Source: Patescibacteria group bacterium
GTDB taxonomy: Bacteria; Patescibacteriota; Microgenomatia; UBA8517
Reading direction: 5' to 3'
Assembly (NCBI GenBank): GCA_026416845.1
Contig: JAOAEL010000005.1
Location: 229-64,228 of the forward strand
DNA: 64,000 nt
Position 1 is the stretch's first letter, and the number at the start of each line of letters is the position of its first letter. The notes under the pieces were generated by a model, which made no database searches, was not told the DNA's origin, and worked only from the letters and a program-made list of their open reading frames with translations. A program made the translations under genes and the position numbers. Positions 1 through 11,527 of this stretch are shown piece after piece.

Positions 1-96
1 TTTGCCATTCACATTATCTATGCGTGTGGCAACGCAGGTATCAGCCTTCACTACAGTAAAAGAAACTCTTTTACCTTCCAAAAAGGTTTGACTCAT
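1..96 (-). CDS. hypothetical protein (5' fragment; gene runs off the window start)
   Basis: ATG at 94-96 (rc). Translation MSQTFLEGKRVSFTVVKADTCVATRIDNVNGK... stays open to position 1. No family recognised. Confidence 0.3.
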   Translation of the reverse strand, partial: MSQTFLEGKRVSFTVVKADTCVATRIDNVNGK

Positions 97-140
97 CTTA
101 TCTTTTATGCCAATTAGAGCATTTAACATGTTAGATTAAA

Positions 141-166
141 AATAAAAAAAGGCGCCCGAAGCGCCC
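141..166 (-). terminator. rho-independent terminator candidate downstream of the GT2 gene
   Basis: Read on the minus strand: GGGCGC-TTCGG-GCGCC hairpin (GC stem 151-165) followed directly by a TTTTTTTATTTT run (plus-strand A-run 141-150). Confidence 0.55.
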
Positions 167-266
167 ACTTAAAAGGCAAATCCGGCTAAAATTACGTGAA
201 GCTTGAGATACGAACCAACATCACGATTGTTAGGAATTATAACAAATTTAAATCATTTCTTGCAAG

Positions 267-1352
267 CTATGCGCGCATAATTCTTCGGCTTGGACTTGTC
301 CAAGTGCCATAAACTTCTGCAAAAAAAGTTAAATACAAAGCTTTGATAGTTGTGTATATGTTTAAATATTGCAACAGCCAAAGAAAAGGGCTTAATAAAA
401 GTATGGCAAATGATCTTGTTGTCAAAAAATGCATAATTCCCATTCCTATAAAAATCCACATATCCAAGAATATAGACAAAAACAAAGGATCTGATAAATT
501 TATCACTCTAAAAAACTTATAATAGGCAATTACTGCTGGGATTATTATTAAAATAAGAAATATATGCAAGATATCCACCAAAATTAACGTAACTACAGAA
601 ATATCAAGGCTCTCTAATCTTGAAGGGACTTTGTGTTTCCTCATAGTTTGATATTGGCCTATCTGCCATCTTGTAAGTTGTTTTATATAATCGCGCAAAT
701 TATCAGGGTCTTGAGTCACAACCTTAGCTTCATAAGCATACAATATTCTTCCTAACTTTTTCCTATGCACTTGATATGTCATATCAAAATCTTCGATAAA
801 TATTTTTGGATCAAGTCTAATTTTCATCAAAACACTTGTCTTATAAACGGTCGCAGTGCCTGGAGCTATGGATATGGCATTAAAATGAGATAATATGTTC
901 TTAAACAAATTTTGCCAAACAAAATAAGCTAAACTCCGATAGTAAACAAATATATTGGCTTCATCTTGAGTTAAAACTTGCCCACAAACACATGCAACAT
1001 TTTTGTTTTTTTTAAATTTTTCAAAAATATAGTTAAAAAAATTATCACAAGGATAAGTGTCCGCATCCAAAATCATCACATATTCATATCTTGCAAAAAT
1101 TTTGAAATGCTTGAGTCCATTTTCTATTCCCAAAGTTTTTCCACTGCGAACCTTATTACGCAAAACATTAACATTAAAAGATCTTGCAATTTCTTCAGTT
1201 GCATCCGTTGATTGATCAGATATAACATAAATATCTGAAAAATGAACTTGTTTGACCAAACAAGCAAGAGTATTAGGAAGAACTTTTTCTTCATTATAGG
1301 CTGGTATCAATACCGCTAATTTTCTTTTCATTGTGTGTAAATTATAAAACAT
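267..1352 (-). CDS. processive family-2 glycosyltransferase (PNAG/chitin/cellulose-synthase-like) with C-terminal TM helices
   Basis: N-terminal LAVLIPAYNEE. DAD-type motif (VMILDADT). Processive GT2 signature QxxRW (KQLTRWQIGQ). About 4 hydrophobic helices at the C-terminus. Confidence 0.7.
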   Translation of the reverse strand: MFYNLHTMKRKLAVLIPAYNEEKVLPNTLACLVKQVHFSDIYVISDQSTDATEEIARSFNVNVLRNKVRSGKTLGIENGLKHFKIFARYEYVMILDADTYPCDNFFNYIFEKFKKNKNVACVCGQVLTQDEANIFVYYRSLAYFVWQNLFKNILSHFNAISIAPGTATVYKTSVLMKIRLDPKIFIEDFDMTYQVHRKKLGRILYAYEAKVVTQDPDNLRDYIKQLTRWQIGQYQTMRKHKVPSRLESLDISVVTLILVDILHIFLILIIIPAVIAYYKFFRVINLSDPLFLSIFLDMWIFIGMGIMHFLTTRSFAILLLSPFLWLLQYLNIYTTIKALYLTFFAEVYGTWTSPSRRIMRA

Positions 1353-1438
1353 TATAGGATTTTATCACCAACTAACGCTTCTCTTATAACACTAAATCGA
1401 ATCTTGAAAATTATCATCCTATAAGTATAATCTCCTAA

Positions 1439-2677
1439 ATGAGATATTCTAATGTTAAAACCCGATTAAATATTCTTTTCATCTTTGCTTTTCTTTCACT
1501 AACATTGTTTGCGCTAGCAAAGCCTAGTTCTGCTTATTCATCAGATACACTAATAAACACAAGCTTTGAAGAACAGGGAACAAGTGTTGGAAAAGCGTAC
1601 GATTGGCAAGATTTTATGGGCGGATATACCAGAACAAATAATTCAAAAACAGGATCATGGGGAATCACTTTAAGAAATTCATCTGATACTGGCTTTTCCG
1701 GAGCTTATCAACGTCTTGATCTAAACCAAACTTCAATAAAACCAGTTTTCATAGGTGGTTATGTAAAAGGCGAAAAAATCTCAAATACATCAAGCTGGTA
1801 TGGCGCAAGTATTTATGCTGAAATACACCTTACTTCTGGCAAAGTAGTTTATTGGAATTCACTGAGTAATACAGGAACGTTTGATTGGAGATGGATAGGA
1901 TTTAACACAGGCATTCTTTCTGAAATTGACGCACCAATCTCACACATATTCATAGTGCCAATTTTGGGAAATAGTAAAGGAACTGCACACTTTGATGATC
2001 TAACCGCCATTGAACATACCCCCACAGAAGGAGCTGTCACTTTCATGTTTGATGACGGAGAGGCAACAACTTATTCTGTTGCGTATCCTATACTAAAATC
2101 CAAAAACTGGCCCGGAGTTATAGGAGTTGTCACAAATTTCGTCGGCAATTCAGGTTTTATGAGAAGAGTCCAACTTACTGAACTGCAAAACAATGGTTGG
2201 GAAATAGTGTCACATTCAATTTCTCATAATGACTTAACTACCATGACAAATTCCCGCGCACAAAAAGAAATTGCTCTATCTAAAGAAAGACTTACCTCAT
2301 GGGGTTTTAGAGTAAATAGTTTTGCTTTTCCATATGGAGCCTATAACGCAAATCTTTTAGCTTTTGGTTCGTCTATTTATGCATCCATGAGACCATATGA
2401 AATAGGCGACAATCCCAAGGGTTCTTGGCCTTACCAAATTAGAGTGAGAAGTATAACAAACACTACAACTCCCCAACAAGTCAAGAAATGGGCGGAAGAA
2501 TCTAAAACCAAAGGTACATGGAACATATTTACATTTCATTCTTTAGACACAATTGAGGACGATGAGTACAGAACAGACCCGAATACATTTGCGCAAATGG
2601 TCAATGAAGTTTACAACGTCAATATTCCTGTAGTTACTTATCAGGAAGGATTGAACCGTTTTGCTCAAAAAAGATAA
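1439..2677 (+). CDS. secreted polysaccharide deacetylase (NodB homology domain) with N-terminal CBM4/9-like beta-sandwich domain
   Basis: Signal peptide (LFIFAFLSLTLFALA). C-terminal NodB motifs TFMFDDG ... HSISHNDLT ... FAFPYG. N-terminal 170 aa are W/Y/G-rich and CBM-like. Confidence 0.65.
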   Translation: MRYSNVKTRLNILFIFAFLSLTLFALAKPSSAYSSDTLINTSFEEQGTSVGKAYDWQDFMGGYTRTNNSKTGSWGITLRNSSDTGFSGAYQRLDLNQTSIKPVFIGGYVKGEKISNTSSWYGASIYAEIHLTSGKVVYWNSLSNTGTFDWRWIGFNTGILSEIDAPISHIFIVPILGNSKGTAHFDDLTAIEHTPTEGAVTFMFDDGEATTYSVAYPILKSKNWPGVIGVVTNFVGNSGFMRRVQLTELQNNGWEIVSHSISHNDLTTMTNSRAQKEIALSKERLTSWGFRVNSFAFPYGAYNANLLAFGSSIYASMRPYEIGDNPKGSWPYQIRVRSITNTTTPQQVKKWAEESKTKGTWNIFTFHSLDTIEDDEYRTDPNTFAQMVNEVYNVNIPVVTYQEGLNRFAQKR

Positions 2678-2787
2678 GAAAAACCTCTGCGTACTGTATA
2701 AATTTTTTTTAAAATAACAACATTCTTTTATTAAACTTTCATTCTTGAACTTCGCAAGTTTCAATGATTAAAATATTGGAGCTTTCA

Positions 2788-3099
2788 TTACATCTTAATC
2801 TCAACAGAAACACCGGCAGGAAGATCAAGATTTGAAAGCGAATCAATAGTGCGTGAGCTTGGATTTAAGATATCAATTAGCCTTTTATGCACCAACAATT
2901 GAAAATGCTCCTGAGCATCTTTATCTGTAAAAGGAGAACTCAAAACACAATAAAGAGATCTTTTTGTAGGAAGTGGAACTGGACCAGAAATTTTAGCACC
3001 TGTTGAGATAGCAGAGTCTATTATTTTTGTAACAGCTTCATCAATTAACCTATAATCATAGCTTTTTAGTTTTACTCTAATTCTATTTAAAACTGCCAT
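2788..3099 (-). CDS. rpsJ: 30S ribosomal protein S10
   Basis: 103 aa. MAVLNRIRVKLKSYDYRLIDEAV...GPVPLPTKRS... is canonical S10. Confidence 0.93.
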   Translation of the reverse strand: MAVLNRIRVKLKSYDYRLIDEAVTKIIDSAISTGAKISGPVPLPTKRSLYCVLSSPFTDKDAQEHFQLLVHKRLIDILNPSSRTIDSLSNLDLPAGVSVEIKM

Positions 3100-3154
3100 A
3101 AAGCCAAAAAAAATTTAAAGGTACACCAAAAACAATTCAAAGCAAAATTACAAG

Positions 3155-4354
3155 CTAAACAATAATTTTTGTTACAACACCTGCTCCAACAGTATTTCCA
3201 CCTTCACGAATAGCAAACCTAGACTGCTCTTCTATAGCTATAGGGACTATAAGCTTTACTTTCATTTTTGCATTATCGCCAGGCATAACCATTTCTATAC
3301 CTTCTGGCAAAGTAATTTCACCAGTCACATCTGCTGTACGAATAAAGAATTGAGGCTTGTAACCTGAAAAAAATGGTGTGTGTCTACCTCCTTCTTCTTT
3401 AGAAAGAATATAAACTTCCGCTTCAAATTCAGTATGAGGAGTAATAGTACTTGGAGCAGCTAAAACTTGACCTCTTTCTACTTCATTTTTATCGACTCCT
3501 CTTAACAACACACCTACATTATCTCCAGCCATTGTTTCATCTAAAGTTTTCCTAAACATTTCTAAACCAGTAGCTACAGTTTTTTTTGTTTGACTAATGC
3601 CTACAATTTCTACTTCTTGATTTACACTAAGCTTACCTCTTTCAACTCTACCAGTAACAACAGTACCACGACCTTGTATAGAAAAAACATCTTCAATTGG
3701 CATTAAAAAGGGCTTGTCAACATCTCTAACTGGTTCCGGAATAAACTCATCTACAGCTTTCATCAACTCTAAAATTGCTTCTTCAGCTTTTTTATCGCCT
3801 TCTAAAGCTTTAGTAGCTGAAACTCTAATAATAGGAGTTTTATCTCCAGGATAGCCATATTTAGTTAAAACACTTCTAATTTCTTCTTCTACTAATTGAA
3901 CTAATTCTTCATCTTCTACCAAATCAATCTTGTTAAGTGCAACGACCAAAGACGGAACATTAACTTGACGAGCTAATATAATATGTTCTCTTGTTTGCGG
4001 CATTAATCCATCAGGAGCCGAAACAACTAATATTGCTCCGTCCATTTGAGCAGCACCTGTAATCATATTTTTAATATAATCAGCGTGCCCTGGAGCATCT
4101 ATATGAGCATAATGTCTTTTCTCAGTAAAATACTCTACATGAGTAATATTTATTGTAACTCCTCGCTGCTTTTCTTCAGGAGCGTTATCTATCTCGTCAA
4201 AAGCAATAGGCTTTGTTTCATTACCTGGCTGCCTAGACAAAACCGTAGCTATAGCGGAAGTAAGTGTTGTTTTGCCATGATCAACATGACCAATTGTACC
4301 TATGTTTACATGAGGCTTTTTTCTATCAAATTTTTGTTTTATATCTCCTGCCAT
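3155..4354 (-). CDS. tuf: elongation factor Tu
   Basis: [18 protein letters not shown] and NKxD (ALNKIDL) motifs. The ORF track runs 38 codons further upstream, but homology starts at [23 protein letters not shown] (ATG rc at 4352-4354). Confidence 0.93.
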   Translation of the reverse strand: MAGDIKQKFDRKKPHVNIGTIGHVDHGKTTLTSAIATVLSRQPGNETKPIAFDEIDNAPEEKQRGVTINITHVEYFTEKRHYAHIDAPGHADYIKNMITGAAQMDGAILVVSAPDGLMPQTREHIILARQVNVPSLVVALNKIDLVEDEELVQLVEEEIRSVLTKYGYPGDKTPIIRVSATKALEGDKKAEEAILELMKAVDEFIPEPVRDVDKPFLMPIEDVFSIQGRGTVVTGRVERGKLSVNQEVEIVGISQTKKTVATGLEMFRKTLDETMAGDNVGVLLRGVDKNEVERGQVLAAPSTITPHTEFEAEVYILSKEEGGRHTPFFSGYKPQFFIRTADVTGEITLPEGIEMVMPGDNAKMKVKLIVPIAIEEQSRFAIREGGNTVGAGVVTKIIV

Positions 4355-4510
4355 ACGATTCAAATGTAAAAACCTTAAATATTTTAAGTTGTTTGAAAAC
4401 TTTTGTAAACAAGTAAAATTATTGATCCTAAAAATTAAAAACAAAACTGAACGTATTTTAAAAATCAAGAATTAACTTGTCAATATATCAAAATATTAAA
4501 TTAAACCAAA

Positions 4511-6673
4511 CTAGGCTTGATTCCCTTTATTAGCAGAGATTATATTATTTGCAATATGCGCTGGAACTTCATCGTAATGAGATGGCTCCATATAACAAGA
4601 AGCCCTTCCTTGCGATATTGATCTTATCTTGGTAACATAACCTGCCAACTCCGCGAGAGGAGCATAACCATTTATAAATACCAGGTTGCCCTTTTTTTCT
4701 GTTCCGGATATTTGCCCACGTTTACTAGAAATATCACCCATAATATCACCCATAAATTCTTCTGGCGTGCTTACTTCAATGCGCATTATCGGCTCTAGAA
4801 GCACCATATCAGCATTTTTTGCAGCCTCTTCCACAGCTAAAGAGCCTGCTATTTTAAATGCCATCTCTGATGAATCTACTTCATGAAAACTTCCATCATA
4901 AACTGTGACTTTGATATCAGTTACCGGATATCCTGCCAAAATACCACGATCGAGCTTTTCTCTCACGCCTTTCTCGACAGCTGGAATATATTCTTGAGGA
5001 ATTACTCCACCTTTTATTTCAGATGCCCAAGCAAAACCTTCTCCTCGCCCTAGTGGTTCGACACGCACATAACAATGTCCGTATTGCCCACGACCGCCTG
5101 TTTGGCGAATATATTTTCCTTCTCCAGTGGCAACTTTCTTAATTGTCTCTTTATAAGCAACTTGCGGCGCTCCAGTTTTCGCATCTACCCCAAACTCTCG
5201 TTTCATGCGATCCACCAAAATTTCTAATTGCAATTCTCCCATTCCAGAAATAAGAGTTTGCCCTGTTTCAGGATTGGTTTTGATTTTAAATGTTGGATCT
5301 TCATCAGATAACTTTTGAAGAGCCAAACCCATTTTTTCTTGATCAGTTTTGGTGGCTGGTTCAATCGCTAATGATATGACTGGTTCAGGAAAAGAAATAG
5401 ATTCTAAATGAATCGGGTGATTTATATCTGTAACCGAATCTCCAGTAGATGTGTCACGAACTCCAACTACAGCAACTATTTCTCCTGCAAAAGCTTGTTC
5501 TATCAGCTCCCTCTGATCTGCATGCATCAAAACCAGTTTCCCAATACGCTCAGTCTTTTGTTTTGTCACGTTATATACTACATCTCCTACCTTTAAAGTG
5601 CCCGAATAAATACGCACATAAACTAATCTACCAACATGAGGATCGGTAACCACTTTAAATGCCAAGCCGGAAAATGGTTCATTATTGCTTGGGCGCCTTT
5701 CTTCCTCTACACCTGTTTTAGGATTTATTCCTTTTATGGGCGGTAAATCATTCGGAGAAGGCAAATACTCAACAATGGCATCCAAAAGAAGTTGCACAGT
5801 AGCCATTCTGTTATCACCACCCAAGATGGGGAAAAACTTACCCTTTATAGTGCCTGCACGAATCGCTCTTTTGATCTCAGCCTGTGTAGGCTCTTGACCT
5901 TCCAAATATTTTGCCAAAAGATCATCGTCAAACTCAGCAACACGCTCGATTAACTGATTTCTATAGTTTTGCGCCATTTCTAAAAGGTTGTCTGGTATTT
6001 CTTCTTCTGTAAGATATTTGTCTTCTATGCCTTTATACGTAAAAGCCTTCATTTTAATCAAATCCACCGCCCCCCTTAATTCATGTTCTAGCCCTACAGG
6101 TATTTGGATGGGAGCGGCATTTGCTCCTAATCTTTCACGTATTGAGTCAATACTACCCTCGAAATCGGCGCCTATCAAATTAAGCTTGTTTAGGATACAC
6201 ACGCGAGGAACGTTATACTTATCCGCCTGACGCCAAACTGTCTCTGATTGGCTTTCAACTCCTGTTCTACCATCAAAAACCATCACAGCGCCATCCAAAA
6301 CCCTCAATGAACGTTCTACTTCTGCAGTAAAATCAATATGACCAGGAGTATCAATTATATTGATTCGATAACGACCTGAATCTACACAACTTTCATCTTG
6401 CTTAAGCTCCCAAAAAGTGGTAATCGCGGCAGAGACAATTGTAATACCGCGTTCTCTTTCTTGTTCCATCCAATCTGTCACGGTATCACCTTCTGTCACA
6501 TCACCTTTTTTGTAAGTTTTACCAGTTTCATAAAGAATTGTCTCTGTGGTAGTTGTTTTTCCGGCGTCAATATGAGCAATAATTCCTATGTTTCTTATCT
6601 TGTCCATGGGGAGATCTCTGTCCTTTGTGGACGATACAACCAACGCACCTTTTTTCTTTACTGCTTGTGCCAT
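4511..6673 (-). CDS. fusA: elongation factor G
   Basis: IRNIGIIAHIDAGKTTTTE and DTPGHIDF motifs, with a full five-domain length. The start may be M1 or the internal M23 (MDKIRNIGI). The N-terminus is 14-22 aa longer than usual. Confidence 0.9.
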   Translation of the reverse strand: MAQAVKKKGALVVSSTKDRDLPMDKIRNIGIIAHIDAGKTTTTETILYETGKTYKKGDVTEGDTVTDWMEQERERGITIVSAAITTFWELKQDESCVDSGRYRINIIDTPGHIDFTAEVERSLRVLDGAVMVFDGRTGVESQSETVWRQADKYNVPRVCILNKLNLIGADFEGSIDSIRERLGANAAPIQIPVGLEHELRGAVDLIKMKAFTYKGIEDKYLTEEEIPDNLLEMAQNYRNQLIERVAEFDDDLLAKYLEGQEPTQAEIKRAIRAGTIKGKFFPILGGDNRMATVQLLLDAIVEYLPSPNDLPPIKGINPKTGVEEERRPSNNEPFSGLAFKVVTDPHVGRLVYVRIYSGTLKVGDVVYNVTKQKTERIGKLVLMHADQRELIEQAFAGEIVAVVGVRDTSTGDSVTDINHPIHLESISFPEPVISLAIEPATKTDQEKMGLALQKLSDEDPTFKIKTNPETGQTLISGMGELQLEILVDRMKREFGVDAKTGAPQVAYKETIKKVATGEGKYIRQTGGRGQYGHCYVRVEPLGRGEGFAWASEIKGGVIPQEYIPAVEKGVREKLDRGILAGYPVTDIKVTVYDGSFHEVDSSEMAFKIAGSLAVEEAAKNADMVLLEPIMRIEVSTPEEFMGDIMGDISSKRGQISGTEKKGNLVFINGYAPLAELAGYVTKIRSISQGRASCYMEPSHYDEVPAHIANNIISANKGNQA

Positions 6674-6764
6674 AGCTTAAGATTTTAAAAATAAAACAAC
6701 AAAAAAGATGAGGTATAACCTCAACAAACCAAAGCTTTTTTTATAATATAGATTAGACAAACTT

Positions 6765-7241
6765 TTACCATCTAAAATGAGCAAATGCACGATTTGCTTC
6801 GGCAATTTTTTCAACTTCTTGTTTCTTTTTAACTGCTCCTCCTTCGTTTCTAGCAGCATCTATAATCTCAGCCGCCAACTTTTCTGCAAAAGTGTGGAAT
6901 TCTGAATTAGACCTTGATCTTGCAGCAAGAATTAACCATCTTATTGCAAGCGATTCCTTGCGAGAACCTTTAACCGCAACTGGCACCTGATAGGCAGCAC
7001 CCCCCACTCGACGCGCTCGAACTTCCATTTGTGGTTTTATGTTTTCAATAGCATCGGCAAAAACACGCATCGGTTCCTCTCCTTTTTGTCTAATTAACTC
7101 AAACGCTTTATAAATCTGCTTTTCTGCAACTGATTTTTTGCCATCTTTCATAGCACGATTTATTAGTTTGGTAACTAACCTGTTTTTATAAATCGGATCT
7201 GGTGCCACAAATCTAATTTTGATTACACCTTTTCTTGACAT
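6765..7241 (-). CDS. rpsG: 30S ribosomal protein S7
   Basis: MSRKGVIKIR...DPIYKNRLVTKLINRAMKDGKKSVAEK is canonical S7, 158 aa. Confidence 0.93.
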   Translation of the reverse strand: MSRKGVIKIRFVAPDPIYKNRLVTKLINRAMKDGKKSVAEKQIYKAFELIRQKGEEPMRVFADAIENIKPQMEVRARRVGGAAYQVPVAVKGSRKESLAIRWLILAARSRSNSEFHTFAEKLAAEIIDAARNEGGAVKKKQEVEKIAEANRAFAHFRW

Positions 7242-7253
7242 AGTTATTTAGTT

Positions 7254-7682
7254 TTAAACTTTGACAATTGGGCTGCTATCTTTTTTAGCTCCATAGATAC
7301 TTCGCGATGTTTTTCTTCCAATTACTCCTTTTGCATCAAATTTAGCTCTTACAATTTTATACTTTACACCTGGAAGATCTTTCACTCTACCGCCACGCAC
7401 TAAAACAATTGAATGCTCTGCTAAATCATGTCCTTCTCCAGGGATATAAGCTGTAACTTCCTGTTTATTAGATAGTCTAACACGAGCAACTTTTCTAAGA
7501 GCTGAATTGGGCTTTCTTGGAGTCATCGTACGAACAAGCAAAACTACACCTCTTTTGAAAGGAGAAGGTATCTCTTTAAAGACACGATCTTTCGCATTAA
7601 ACCATTTTCTCAGACCCGCCTTTTTATACTTACGAACCTGAGCCTTTCTACCTTTTCTAATTAATTGAGATATCGTTGGCAT
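7254..7682 (-). CDS. rpsL: 30S ribosomal protein S12
   Basis: [12 protein letters not shown]...[15 protein letters not shown]... is canonical S12, 142 aa. Confidence 0.93.
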   Translation of the reverse strand: MPTISQLIRKGRKAQVRKYKKAGLRKWFNAKDRVFKEIPSPFKRGVVLLVRTMTPRKPNSALRKVARVRLSNKQEVTAYIPGEGHDLAEHSIVLVRGGRVKDLPGVKYKIVRAKFDAKGVIGRKTSRSIYGAKKDSSPIVKV

Positions 7683-7736
7683 AAAAGAAAAGTTAATCGA
7701 ACGATTACAAATTAAAATAATTTTGCATAATCAAAC

Positions 7737-10700
7737 TTATTTTTCTGATGTCAAAGATTGTTCAAAAACTTTTTTCTGGTATTTAGCAATTTTCTCAGGC
7801 ACAACAGGAATTAATCTTCCTATAATTACATTTTCTTTAAGACCATACAAAGAATCTTCTTCCGCTGCAAGGGATGCGCTTGTTAATACATCAGTGGTTT
7901 GCTGGAAAGACGCAGCAGATAGCCAAGATCTAGTAAACAAAGACCTTCTTGTAATACCAAGAACTACCTGTTGCGCAGTTGCTGGTTCACCACCAGCAGC
8001 CAAAACTTTTTCATTTTCTTCTTCAAATAATGCTTTATCAACCAATTCTCCGGGAAGTAAAGGAGTGTCTCCCGAGGTTAATACCTTTACCTCATCACTC
8101 ATTTTTCTAATTATCACTTCAAAGTGTTTGTCGTTTATTGGTATACCTTGATTCTCATAAACTTTCTGAATTTCATCAAGTAAGTATTCTTGCGTCGCAC
8201 GCAAGCCTTTTACCGCCAAAATTTCTCGAATATCTAAAGGACCAACAGCTAAAGGTGTTCCAACTTCTACAAACTGTTTATCTTCAACTGCCAGCTGTAT
8301 AGTTTTAGGAATAATATATTCCCTCTCTTCTTTGTGTGCAGTTTTAGATGATGTAATTACAACTTTCCAACCATCATCAGTTTCGCCAACGCTAACACTA
8401 CCTGAGATCTCAGCTAAAGGAGCCATTACTTTAGGAGTTCTAGCCTCTATAAGTTCTTCTACTCTGGGTAAACCTTGAGTAACATCAATTCCAACAATAC
8501 CTGCCGCATGCTTTGTGCGCAAAGTCAATTGTGTGCCAGGTTCTCCTATAGACTGAGCTGCCAAAATACCAACAGGGGTTCCAATATCAACAACTTCACG
8601 CTTTGAAATATCAATTCCATAGCACTTTTGACAAATACCATACCTTAGGTTACAAGTTAAAGGGGACTTGACAACAACTTCTGGTATATTACAACTCTCA
8701 ATTTTTCTGGCAAGCTCTTCAGATATTAATTCATTAGCTTTAACAATCAATTCACCTTCAGCAGAGATGACATTTGCAGCAGCATATCTACCAAAAATAC
8801 GCATAAAGTAAGAATTTGGCCGTTGAGACTTTTTAACAACAATACCCTCATTGGTACCACAATCAGATGACCTGATTATAACATCGTGAGAAACATCTAC
8901 TAATCTTCTGGTCAAATAACCAGCATCAGCAGTTTTTAAAGCTGTATCAGTCAATCCTTTTCTAGATCCTCTTGAAGAAGTAACATATTCAAAAACTGAA
9001 AGTCCCTCATGAAAATTAGACTTGATTGGAAGCTCAACTATTTTTCCTAAAGGATCAACTACCAATCCCCTAATTGCAGCCAACTGTTTTATTTGTTCTT
9101 TAGACAAACGACCAACTTTTGCATCAATAAGAATTTTAATTGGACTACCATCTTCAATTAAAGACCAAGTTTTTTCTGCCAATTCTTCAGTTACTTCTAT
9201 CCAAACTTCTTTAACTTTTCGTCGCTTTTCTTCCAAAGTAATTAAACCTTGTTCAAATGCAGACTCTATTTCAGACACACGCAAATCAGCAGAGTGTAAA
9301 ATGTCACTCTTTTCAGGTAATATCTTTGAATCAAAAATACCAACAGAAAGGCCAGAAAGCGTTCCACCCATAAAACCTAAATCTTTAATATCATCAACCA
9401 TTTTGACAACTTCGTTTCTGGAAAGAATCGAAAACGCTTTTGTAAACAAGTTCTTTATGTGAGTAGAAGTTATTGATTCATTTACAAATCTAAATTGAGG
9501 TGGCAAAACCTCATTGAACATAATTCTGCCTACAGTTGTTTCAACTATATTTCCTTCTATTCTTACACAAATTAACTGCCTTAACCTAATCTTTTTTACC
9601 TGATAAGCTTGAATCGCATCTTGCTCATCTGCAAATAAATTAAAATAGGGTGTAATTTTAGAATCAACACTAGTTAAGTAATAAATTCCAAGCGCCATTT
9701 CTTTACTTGCAGGGTGTGTGATAGGGTTGCCGTTTGCAGGGCTAAGCAGGTTTTCTTCTGGCATCATGAGTTCTTTTGCCTCTTGAATTGCTTTTTGCGA
9801 AAGAGGAACATGCACAGCCATCTGATCTCCATCAAAATCAGCATTAAAACCACCACAAACAGCAGGATGCAATCTAATAGCGGAACCTTCGATTAAAACA
9901 GGATAAAAAGCTTGAATAGAAAGTTTATGCAAAGTAGGAGCACGATTCAAAAGAACAGGATGGTTTTTGGTAATCTCTTCTAAAATATCAAAAACTTCTG
10001 GAGGTCTTCTCTCAAGCATATTTTTTGCAGACTTAACATTTGGTGCAATATTGCGAGATATCATTTCACGAAGAACAAATGGCTTAAACATTTCAAGAGC
10101 CATATCTTTGGGTAAACCACATTGGTTCAATTTTAATTCAGGACCAACTATTATTACTGACCTACCTGAATAATCAACTCTTTTACCCAACAAATTTTGT
10201 CTAAAACGACCTTGCTTGCCTTTTAAAAGATCAGACAAAGATCTTAATGGTTGTTTAGCCCTACCTCTACGTATCGCCTTTCTTTGAGACGCATCGATAA
10301 GAGAATCAACCGCTTCCTGCAACATCCTTTTTTCGTTACGTAAAATTATCTCTGGAGCACCAAGCTCAATAAGATGCTTTAATCGATTGTTTCTGTTGAT
10401 TACTCTTCTGTATAAATCATTCAAATCGCTCGTTGCAAATCTGCCACCTGAAAGCTGAACCATAGGACGAAGGTCAGGCGGTAAAACTGGCAAACATTTA
10501 AAAATCATCCAAGAAGGACTTATTTTAGCTCTACGCATCGTGTCAACTAATTTAAGCCTTTTGGCAACTTTTACATATCTAGCTTCTGTGCCTTTAAGTA
10601 ATGACAATTCTTTCTTTAGTTCAACTGCAATTTTTTCAAGATTTAACATTTGCAATGCTTCAAGAACTGCTTCGGCACCCATTTTTACATCCAAAAAATC

Positions 10701-11498
10701 TGCGGCTCCATAATTTAAAAGTTCGTCATACTCTTCCTCAGAAATGATTGACAAAAACTTTAAAGATTTAACAAGATTTAACAAATCATTAAATAATTGA
10801 TTGCTTCTATCTTTTGCCTGTTTCTCCTCTTCCACAAGCATGGTTTCTTTTTTCCTTAGATTTAAATTTATTTCATCTTGAGCTAGGGCTAATTGTTCTT
10901 CATTTTTGATCTTTTTACTAATTTTTTCTTTATCTTCTAAAGCTTTTTTTTGAAGAGCAGACTTTTTTTCCGCAAAAATCTGAGCAATTTCATTTTCTCT
11001 AAATTCTCGAGCTTTTTCTAACTTTTTAATAGCATCTTTTTTTCTATCTTCTTTAACATTTAAAACTAAATATCTAGCAAAATATATCACTTGTTCAATA
11101 GAACGAGGAGAAACATCTAAAAGCAAAGATATCTTGCTAGGAGCTCCTTTGAAAAACCAAACATGAGCAATTGGGCATGAAAGCTCAATGTGCCCCATTC
11201 TTTCACGTCTAACTCTAGAAAGCGTCACTTCTACCCCACATTTATCGCACACTACACCTCTATATCTAATTTTTTTGTATTTTCCACAATAACACTCCCA
11301 ATCTTTACTAGGACCAAAAATCCTCTCGTCAAAAAGACCATCTTTTTCTGGCTTGAGAGTTCTATAATTAATGGTTTCAGGCTTTGTAACTTCACCTCTA
11401 GACCATTTTCTTATGTCTTCTGGGGAAGCCAACCTCAAAACCAAACTTTTAAAATCTGTTAAGTTTTTTAAATCTGTCAAAGGTTCCATAAAGTACAC
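7737..11498 (-). CDS. rpoC: DNA-directed RNA polymerase subunit beta'
   Basis: 1253 aa. Zn-finger [23 protein letters not shown]. Catalytic NADFDGDQM motif. Follows rpoB. Confidence 0.93.
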   Translation of the reverse strand: MYFMEPLTDLKNLTDFKSLVLRLASPEDIRKWSRGEVTKPETINYRTLKPEKDGLFDERIFGPSKDWECYCGKYKKIRYRGVVCDKCGVEVTLSRVRRERMGHIELSCPIAHVWFFKGAPSKISLLLDVSPRSIEQVIYFARYLVLNVKEDRKKDAIKKLEKAREFRENEIAQIFAEKKSALQKKALEDKEKISKKIKNEEQLALAQDEINLNLRKKETMLVEEEKQAKDRSNQLFNDLLNLVKSLKFLSIISEEEYDELLNYGAADFLDVKMGAEAVLEALQMLNLEKIAVELKKELSLLKGTEARYVKVAKRLKLVDTMRRAKISPSWMIFKCLPVLPPDLRPMVQLSGGRFATSDLNDLYRRVINRNNRLKHLIELGAPEIILRNEKRMLQEAVDSLIDASQRKAIRRGRAKQPLRSLSDLLKGKQGRFRQNLLGKRVDYSGRSVIIVGPELKLNQCGLPKDMALEMFKPFVLREMISRNIAPNVKSAKNMLERRPPEVFDILEEITKNHPVLLNRAPTLHKLSIQAFYPVLIEGSAIRLHPAVCGGFNADFDGDQMAVHVPLSQKAIQEAKELMMPEENLLSPANGNPITHPASKEMALGIYYLTSVDSKITPYFNLFADEQDAIQAYQVKKIRLRQLICVRIEGNIVETTVGRIMFNEVLPPQFRFVNESITSTHIKNLFTKAFSILSRNEVVKMVDDIKDLGFMGGTLSGLSVGIFDSKILPEKSDILHSADLRVSEIESAFEQGLITLEEKRRKVKEVWIEVTEELAEKTWSLIEDGSPIKILIDAKVGRLSKEQIKQLAAIRGLVVDPLGKIVELPIKSNFHEGLSVFEYVTSSRGSRKGLTDTALKTADAGYLTRRLVDVSHDVIIRSSDCGTNEGIVVKKSQRPNSYFMRIFGRYAAANVISAEGELIVKANELISEELARKIESCNIPEVVVKSPLTCNLRYGICQKCYGIDISKREVVDIGTPVGILAAQSIGEPGTQLTLRTKHAAGIVGIDVTQGLPRVEELIEARTPKVMAPLAEISGSVSVGETDDGWKVVITSSKTAHKEEREYIIPKTIQLAVEDKQFVEVGTPLAVGPLDIREILAVKGLRATQEYLLDEIQKVYENQGIPINDKHFEVIIRKMSDEVKVLTSGDTPLLPGELVDKALFEEENEKVLAAGGEPATAQQVVLGITRRSLFTRSWLSAASFQQTTDVLTSASLAAEEDSLYGLKENVIIGRLIPVVPEKIAKYQKKVFEQSLTSEK

Positions 11499-11527
11499 AA
11501 TTATAAAATTCTTACGAACAAATCAAA

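Noticed and set aside
253-459. 68-aa ORF overlapping the 3' end of the GT2 gene
   Set aside because: It is out of frame with the GT2 C-terminus and has no independent support.
978-1211. Small ORFs nested antisense or out of frame inside well-supported large genes (978-1211, 1849-2046, 4046-4369, 5408-6230, 9022-9462, 23253-24264, 29037-29724, 35200-36162, 44235-44756, 45270-45545 and similar)
   Set aside because: They overlap strongly conserved CDSs on the opposite strand or frame and give low-complexity translations. They are expected by-products of AT-rich sequence.
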